A DNA stretch of 64,000 bases from Chlorokybus atmophyticus (lineage: Eukaryota; Plantae; Mesostigma and Chlorokybus algae), in assembly GCA_009103225.1 (NCBI GenBank), contig RHPI01000671.1, positions 405,651 to 469,650 on the forward strand, in the 5' to 3' direction. Position 1 is the stretch's first letter. Each line of letters opens with the position of its first letter. The notes below the pieces were generated by a model, which had not been told where the DNA came from, searched no databases, and worked only from the letters and a program-made list of their open reading frames with translations. Position numbers and translations under genes: made by a program. Below, piece by piece: positions 55,894 through 64,000 of this stretch.

Positions 55894-56873
55894 TGGATCT
55901 ACTGCAAGCAGCACTACTTCAAGGCAGCATGCTGAGTGGTAGGAGTTGGAGTGTGAGTACTATGAGACGCTGAACTGCTCTTGCGCCAGATCAGCAATGC
56001 ATGTTTGTGGGTTTTGCATTCACCTGTCGATCTAGTATTTAGTCGAAGTTGTTTTGCTATTTGCAAGGTCTGTAGAACAGGGCTCTGCTCGCAGCGTCTG
56101 TAGCACTGGCTGAAACTGCTATATTTTGTTGCCACGTTTAACAGTGCAGAGTGCATCGACCAGGTTTTCTGTCAAGCTACCATTGCATACAAGTGCAGTA
56201 AACTCGTGTGCGTCGCATGTAAAGCAAAGAAAATTCTCAGACAGACGACTTTGAACCAGAGCCTGAGTGAGACTGCTGCGTTTAGCTTCTGAAGTCACCA
56301 CTACCGCTTGCGTCAAGGGTCTGGATCAGTGACTGTGCGCATGGCAGAGCAGGGCCAATGGTGCAGGTATTGCGACATCTGTTACCCTGGCAACGGTTAC
56401 ATTTGGCAGGCTCGGCTGGTAATATTCAGCAAACCTGCCGCATATATGGCTGTGGTGTGGAGGGTAATACATGCTTGGGCCACGCCAGCGCAGGAGTGCA
56501 CAGTGCGGTATGTGGCTGTGCATAGTTCGCATTGCTGCACACTACAATGTGCGCGGGCATGAACAGCGGTGTGCGGGACTAGGCTTTGCAACAGTTCCAG
56601 TTCCGGATGCCGTGCATATGCGAACAACATGTAGCATACGGGGGGCAAGCCAGTAAGAGACTAGGGCTACCCAGCTGCAACCCTACTGGCATACAGATAT
56701 TTAAAAGAACTCAAACCAGTAGACTGAGCCAGGGCATACCTTATGTACAGACTGTGGAGTACTGATAAGGTAGTATACCATAGTACGGTTGCAGCAAGCA
56801 TTCTATGCATCGCGTCCGACAAACCATACACACGACAACCATGCTGCAACAATGCAGGAAAATCGACATTTGC

Positions 56874-59262
56874 TTATGATTGTTTTGTCACCGACCCTTG
56901 TGTAACTTGTCGATTGTATGCCGTTTGCTGCGTGCTCCTCGTGTCACGCAAACTGCGAGCCACTGCAACCTGGCGTTGCCTCTTTCTGCGCCAGGCTCTG
57001 TACCACCTGCAGAAAGACACACACAGTGTTCATTGATACGCAGTCCTTGTCTTGCGTATTGGGTTGAGAACCCAATACGCAAGACACCCAACATGCACGC
57101 ATGCACATACAGGCGCACACAGGCGCTTTCTTCCACCACAAGGAACACAGCACCAACAGATTTAACATGTTGACCTTACATGTAACTACAACATGCGCAA
57201 AATAACTCAGAGACAAGTACAGCGTGCTTGCCTGAGAGTCACAATCGGGCCGACAGCCACTGCTGCCGCCAGGCCCGCTTGTTGCAGCCATGCCAGTTGT
57301 TGGCTGGATTGGCCTTCTTTCCCGCTCGGCCGTTTACCACTGCTGCTTTCCCGACCGCTGTCCCGCTTGTCGTCCACATACATGTGCGGATCCACGCCGC
57401 CGTTGTAGCAGTCTCCACTTTGTTGCGTGACCGCAAAGCCCGCCAGCTGGCACAGCTCGGACCGCGTACTGGCCAAAGCACTCAGCTTTGAACACACCAA
57501 GTCCTGGTTGATGCACGGGCGAAGTAGCTGCAGAAACAACAAAGAATCATTATCATGACAATCATACTATGTACATCATGCCAGCGTACTATGGAGCGAC
57601 TGCAACTAAACAATGGAGTGCGACCTCATGAACACAACAACACATTGCAAGTAGCAACTTGCAACCATTGCCTTGGCAAATGACGTGCAGGACACACATG
57701 TGTGCATGCGTGTGCCCGCGCGTGCTTAAACGCTTGTATTATACGCTTTGCAAAAGGTGCAGGACACACACGTGCAGTTGCGCATGCGCGTGTGTGCATG
57801 GTTGGGTGCACACGCGCTTGTGCGTGTCCTTGTCTGTGTGCGCGTGTTTTGGACGCTTGTTTTGTGCTTGCTTTCAACACGAGGTCACAAGTGTTTGAAG
57901 GCATACGCTACCAGCTATAACGCACCCCGTTGACGGTATCCACAGTGAAGAAGTTTTCCGCGCAAGCCCTGAACAGGCGTCCGCAGAAGCCTTCGCACAC
58001 GCCGTGCGACGGATCCGTGCCCAAGCGAGGATCGCACACTGCGCACTCGAGCGCACTCCACTCCTAACGTAACGCAACACTCATCACAACAGTGTTGCAT
58101 AGCGCACACAGCAACAACTGGAGATGTTGCTACTATAATAAAAGCTCACCTGCCAGCAATCTGGCGACAGCTCCCCGCGCGCGTTGGCCAGCAGTCGCCT
58201 GATGACATCAGTCTGTGCTCGTCCGCAGCACGTGCGATGGCGGTGGCCATGGCAGAATGTTAGGTCTGACGCCCGGCCCGGTGTTGATCTGTTGCAGGTA
58301 TGTTGTTATGTGGTACCACGTGATGAGATACAACGAGTGCATAATGAATTGCAAGTGGTGCATAGTCAGACATAGCATCAATCCACACTGGTTCAAGTAT
58401 TTACGTGCATTGTTGTGGTGGTGATTCGGATGGCTTTGTGTATGTGGCATGTACGCATTGACAGATGCCTGGGGCTGGAGTCTGGTTTTCACAATGATAC
58501 AACTGTCTGATGTGTTTACACGATAAACATGTACGAGTGAGTCACAATTGACAATATGACTCTGTCGTGCAAGTTTATCGTGTAAATCATTGATAGCGCA
58601 TGTTGAGATATGGAACTTGTTGCATAGTTTTTGGAACAGGTCGTCGTATAGCGCCAATGCTTACGTGACATTGTCTAACTGCACCATAGTAGGCACTGGA
58701 GTCAAGAAGGCGAAACACGCATGCATTGTACTCAACTGACAAGGCATAACAAACGAACAACAGCAAGTAAGGAACCGTTGCCTGCTTGTACTGCCAACAG
58801 CAGCAACCAAACAGACATCCAATGCAGGAACTCTTCTCTCATTTGCATTTGCAGGGCGGTGCACTTGCTCGACTTGTAAAATGGTTGGTGCAGACATGTG
58901 TCAGCGTGTAAGCACGCTGACACACGATGAGCGCACCTGGTAAAGGGTAGCCTCCCAGCGACCGACTTGAGGCACTGCTGTTGCGCAGGCGGCGGAGGCG
59001 GAGACGGAGAAGCATGATCAGGCGGTTGTGCATGTGAAGAGACGCTGTCATCTGCAAGGGCGGTGTACAAGCAGGCCAGCAAGAGAAGCAGCGACGGAGC
59101 TGCGGTGGCTACTGCAGCTGCGGCGGCGGCAGAGGGAGAGGAGGAGCCTGCTGCGGCAAAGGTGGCCCACCCCGCTGCCGCCGACGCCCCAGCCATGCTG
59201 GGCTGCTTGGGTGGGCGCGGGCGTGCATGCGCCATGGTTGCAAGCGCCCAGCTGTGCCTCAT
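56874..59262 (-). CDS. Folate-receptor-family (Folate_rec/FZ-like) Cys-rich type I membrane protein, plant At5g27830-like
   Basis: Hydrophobic LLLLLACLYTALA, CLKSVAGRLPF, DLTFCHGHRHRTCC, DCWQEWSALECAVCDP, VCEGFCGRLFRAC, PCINQDLVCSK, LCQLAGFAV..CYNG, TM AGLAAAVAVGPIVTL followed by a basic tail. Confidence 0.85.
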
Positions 59263-59385
59263 AGCGAGGGCGAGGAGGACTGGATGTTGGACTGAGTCTC
59301 AGCATGACATTGGGGAATTTGCAAGCATGCTAGGTTGATGGAGGTTGCTCATTTCATTTGCTGCCAGCAAGTTGCTGGTGTTTCT

Positions 59386-59570
59386 GTGTGTGGCGATCTA
59401 TGAACCTCCACTTTGGACTTTGCTATCACGGATATGTGACGTTCACTCTGCAACTGCTTTTATGCCTTGATAAGTTGTGTTGAGTCGTGTGTGGCGACTA
59501 TGAACCTCCGCTTTGAACTTTGCTATCACGGGTCTTTTACCTTCACTCAGCAACTGCTTTAATGCTTATT
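59386..59570. repeat. Diverged direct repeat (about 101-bp period)
   Basis: gtgtgtggcga(t)ctatgaacctcc.ctttg.actttgctatcacgg...ttcactc.gcaactgcttt at 59386 and 59487. Confidence 0.85.
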
Positions 59571-60554
59571 GCATTTTATAAGATGCGTTGAGTTTGGAAA
59601 CCATCAAATCGAGAGAATAATCTCAGCAATACAATGTCAAGATAGTTTAAAAACACGAAACGCTTGACATCCAAACATCACATGTCATGCACTTTGCTGG
59701 GTATTAAGGTTAACCATCAAATAGCGCATACACATGCGTATAAGATAGATAAAGATAGATAGATAGATAGATAAGGATTATGAAGAGTGCTTACGAAAAC
59801 ATTATTAAACAAAATTATAAATAAAGCATGATACAAGCGCTCGCATACTCACACAAATGCGCACACAATTCCAACTTAAAGCAGACTTGCATGTGGCCAC
59901 CGTGACACATGTCGTGATGTCAGGATACATACAAGACTCACATCCGAGCTGCACAAAGCTGTGACACTTGCGACTTAATTACTAAGCCCTGCTTGTAAAT
60001 CTCGCTACTTTTTGCAAATGAACATAGCACTTATGTAGCCTCATTAGATCTATGTTATAAAGGTAGACTTGCAAACAGACACACAACAAATACGCGCACG
60101 TACGTATGTGCCACAACAGCTACAAACGAGGACGACTCAATGCCATACCATGTACACATGCGCGCGCATACCGTTAAACAAACTTCATGTAATATTATAT
60201 CCAACCACGCGCGCATGCGAGACACATACACAAGAGCCGTTCATAAGCTGCGTTGTAATTGTTTTTGTAATATTGCGTCTGTGCATTGCACGATCATCAT
60301 TGTTTGCCTTTAAGCAAGTCTTTCATCACCACATGCTCATATGTTATCCCGTAACAATGAGCAGCATACTTAGCAATTACATTGCAGGTTGCACTTAAAA
60401 ATAAACACACATATTACCCGCGATAATATTGTGCAACAGCAATCGCACAAACTCGTGTACAATTATATCAACGCAATTACGGGAAGCAACATGATTAAAA
60501 CAGGATGAAATATGAGATCATTAGCAACACGTACAAAGGATTCCGTTGCCGCAA

Positions 60555-61800
60555 TATGAGGTCTATGCAGCACCGCCTCATTCCGTGAAGGATGTATGGC
60601 TTGAAAGTCTTATTGCCTGAATGCATGGTGGACGTCAGGTGAATGCAACAAAGTCCCCAACATTGTCACAAGGACTCCCCATACAACCGTAGTGCTTCGA
60701 TTTGTTTACAACGAGCGCCGGACAAATATATAGGTTTGTTTTTGTTAATCCCCCCCTCAACGATGCATTCCAATGCATATGCAATGGAATGTGCATACTG
60801 CTACTTCCGTCGAGAAGGGGGGTTGTTGATTTTGTTAAGGGCCCTTGCACAGTAATGTACTTAACAAGCAATTCGTGGCACACCAAATAAGCAGCAATGC
60901 TTAATCGTCTGAAAAACCAAAAGGAGCAGCACACTCAGAGTGACTCGAATGTGCTGCCCCTGTATTTTCTTTTTAAGGTTTGGGAAGGGCCAACTCCAAG
61001 TCTACGCCCTCTCCCACGTCTTTCCCACATAATTCTTTTCGACCACATGGGATTTAAGCCGGCACTCTGGCCATCGCCGCATCATAGCAGCTAGCTGCTG
61101 TGACGTGCGCTCTTGGACACACAGCTGAGGATGGGAGTCAAACACTGGTCCGATCTCCCGCGCACCGGCGCGAAACCACTAGGCTATGGCTCCACGGCGG
61201 TTGTGATGGGCTTTGCTAAGACATATGAGCTGGTGTGCTTAGCAGTAAAGGGCGACAGCACTGGGCAGCAATAGAGGTTTAGGAAGGTGGGCGTTGGGTA
61301 AGACAGACGGTAAGCTCTTGCTTGGGTGCCTGCATTAGCCTTGGTCTCTGGCTCTCCTGCCCTTGAGGCACTAGTGGTTGTACTAGCAAGTGGTGGAAGG
61401 GTTGGGCGCCAGGGACCTTAGGGTGGACACCCAAAGAGAGACACAAAGAAAGGGAGAGGGAGGGAGGGGGGAGAGAGAAGGAACACAACACATCACAGCA
61501 GAGCACATCATATACATGGCGTTGCAGGGTAGTTTGGGCTGCCTTGCAATATCGCAGCAGCTAACGGTCAAAGCATCGTCATCTTTATTAGCATGGAGGC
61601 GCAGCATGCAGAGCACAGGCACACGGGCTGGAGGTCGTTGTGGTAGTTGTAGGACAGCAGTGCAAGCAGCAGCAAGACGCCCCCAATGCTACATGGCATC
61701 AGATAACAACAGCAGCAGCGGACGCTCCCTTTGAAGCAATGACGGTCAGGTACTCAGTTGACTACGCCATGCTGGGTTTCGTTTCCGCCCTCTCACCTGA
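60555..61800 (+). pseudogene. Degenerate protein-kinase-containing ORF (multiple stops and frameshifts)
   Basis: Same frame from 60555 to about 61290; LGYGSTAVV (subdomain I), LAVK (II), later KTPQCYMASD (VIII-like) and RYSVDYAMLGFV (IX-like) in shifted frames. Confidence 0.5.
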
Positions 61801-62056
61801 CATGCTTTTCATTCATCAATGCACTTTTGTACATTGAGAAGGTGTCAGTAAGCCGTTTACCTCAACAAGGTGCTCTTTTGTAGGCATATTTTATTCGTGT
61901 CTATCATGCAAAAGGTCATTATGTGGCATGTGTAGCAAACACAATTGCAGCAGCTACTGCACATCATTATTGCAGAACATCTACAAGTAATGCACAAGCG
62001 TTTGTAGAAGCAGCACCTGTAGCATTCATGCAAGCTCTCTCGCTCATGCGGGGGCC

Positions 62057-62116
62057 CAGGTGGTAAAGATGCTAGTGCATGTGCATATGCACATGCACTA
62101 GCATCTTTACCACCTG
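62057..62116. repeat. Perfect 60-bp palindrome with no spacer
   Basis: caggtggtaaagatgctagtgcatgtgcat|atgcacatgcactagcatctttaccacctg. Confidence 0.97.
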
Positions 62117-62129
62117 CGGCTTAACTATG

Positions 62130-63529
62130 CACTACAACTCACCAGCACTACATTTTTATACGTGGTGTACCCAGACCAGGATGTGTCACGAATTGGGATA
62201 AATTGTGACAAACCTCATTGATGGTAGTGTCTTTTACTACCATAGCCTAGTGGTCGGGCCCCAATTGTTACAATGGTAACGGAGCTTGACGTCTCAAATT
62301 CAATTCTCGTATGGGACTAAGGCAGATTCAAGGCAAAAACAAAAATATTTTGGGCGGCTTGCCTTAGGCTGGGCGCGGGATCACGACCTGCGCGCCGAGC
62401 CAGTTCAATCTAAGGCCGCGTGAGCGTTTGCGCTGCTGCGATGGCAGATCGCGCGGTGAGGATGGCCGTTCGGTCGGTCAGGATTGTTTGTGGGCCGGAT
62501 CCAACAGGCCGCGGGCAGACCGATCATGGTACGGCCGCAAACACGGCGACGTGGGCTAGTGCCTTATTTAATTATGAGGAACTCATGGGTTAAATTGGGG
62601 AGGAATGTCACGAATTGGGATAAATTGTGACAGACCTCACTCATGGTAGTGTCTTTTACTACCATAGTCTAGTGGTCGGGCCCCAATTGTTACAGGATGT
62701 GTCGCTGGATTTGCTAGGAGAGCGGTGTAGGAGAGCTACTGAGGCATGTCATCGTCACGCTCTAGACGAGATCGTTGCGAACAAAATGCTCATGTCACTT
62801 TTGCCATTGGTACAACAACCCTTTCAAGACATCGCGATTGTTTATAAAGAGGTTGCTGCTCTCCAGCTGGCCGCTCAGGTGAGACTCCCCTCTCTAATTG
62901 GCAGCTCAAAACAGAGAACTTGTCAAACTTGGCGCTCATGTACAAGCAAACTCCCTCAAGCTAACCGTTCAAAAGACAGAGACCGCTCTTCAGCTGGCCG
63001 CTCAGGTACATGCATCCTCTCTCAAGCTGGCCGATGCGGAGACCGAGCGGGTTGCCATGCGGAAAAAAATGGCAATAAAGCTACAGTTGCAAATCATCAG
63101 AGGAAAGGGATCCTCACAATTGATTACCTGCAACTCAGAGGACTCTTTGACATGCGCGGCTTTTCAGGTGAAGTTGTTGAAGTTTTTTAAGCAACCATGT
63201 GCCAAACACAACTATTTGCAACATGTTCACAGTGTTTAATGGAGAGCAAATGATGTTCGCGCTAGCGTCAACGCATGTGTGGAGTAGAGAAGAAGTGTAC
63301 AGATAGTATCTTGGTGCAACAAAGGATGACAACTGCTATTGGACTGCCATGCCAAGAATGGTTGGGCGAAAGGCGCGACAAGCAAGGAGGCTATGATAGA
63401 GAGTTATGTGAAAGGGTAGTGGTGTCTCGCATTTGCATCATTGTATGTGCATGTATGTGCAAGCAACGTCTTATTTGCAGGTTGTGTGAGATGTACACAA
63501 CGCTCTGGGAGGAGTTCCCGGGCATGTAG
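62130..63529 (+). pseudogene. Disrupted coiled-coil protein ORF, interrupted by the TRIM and by frameshifts
   Basis: Removing the element restores YVVYPDQDVSLDLLGERCRR; internal LQLAAQV..SLKL repeats; IDYLQLRGLFDMRG; MYTTLWEEFPG; several stops and frameshifts. Confidence 0.5.
62184..62694 (+). mobile_element. TRIM (terminal-repeat retrotransposon in miniature), 511 bp
   Basis: 89-bp LTRs (62184-62272, 62606-62694) with TG...CA ends and 4 mismatches; PBS-like TGGTAACGGAGC at 62274; purine tract GGGGAGGAA before the 3' LTR; 5-bp TSD GGATG (62179-62183, 62695-62699); non-coding interior. Confidence 0.93.
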
Positions 63530-64000
63530 ACATATCTTGGGGTCAAAGTGCAATTGTCTAGGGCATAGTCTCTGCTGACCAGATGTACGCCTTGCAATGT
63601 CTAGCTGAGCATCTCAACGATTGAGTGGAGCTTGTGTTCAAGCATATGATGTATTGATAGACATTCACGCTGAGAACGTTTTACTTCAACGGTCATGGCA
63701 GAAACTATGCCTCATTGATGGCAAGAAGGAAGAGTGGATGCAAACAAGACCGCAGTAACATTGCGTTTTTGACTTCACATTTGACTTCACATTCAGCCGC
63801 TGTCATTATTTTCCCAAGAGCAGCATTGGGGGCGTCACAAGATGGTCTTGTTGCCGTCGCTGTTTGCACTACTGTGCCACACTCAACACACCTCTAGCCG
63901 TGGGCCTTTGTTTTTTCTGTCTGTGGCTGCTCTATACGCTGCGTTTGCGTGCTGATGAACGTTATGATGCCCCGAAGCTACTATTGAGGCTTGCAGGGGG

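Noticed and set aside
62627-63190. 187-aa ORF as an intact gene
   Set aside because: It begins inside the TRIM 3' LTR and crosses frameshifts of the underlying pseudogene

Overview
Eukaryotic, intron-rich nuclear DNA from a green alga or plant-lineage organism. Arabidopsis-type telo-boxes and close matches to land-plant genes suggest an early streptophyte or chlorophyte; this is inference. The standard genetic code is used. About 16 spliced genes were reconstructed by hand: CCR4-like EEP nuclease, THOC3/TEX1, CDPK, TrmL, NEDD1, cyanase, an SP-RING SUMO-ligase-like protein with a C-terminal HhH domain, NUDX1-type Nudix hydrolase, RPF1, EMG1, an Aa_trans permease, a peroxisomal copper amine oxidase, a folate-receptor-family protein, and three orphans, plus one partial terminal exon. 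The last 4.5 kb is a decay zone containing a degenerate kinase-like ORF, a 60-bp perfect palindrome, and a complete 511-bp TRIM mini-LTR element (89-bp LTRs, PBS, PPT, 5-bp TSD) inserted in a dead coiled-coil ORF. Window-wide oddities include an excess of perfect hairpins, four GC-AG introns, a possible 5-nt microexon, and several head-to-head gene pairs. Product calls rest on recalled motif and family similarity; no database search was run.
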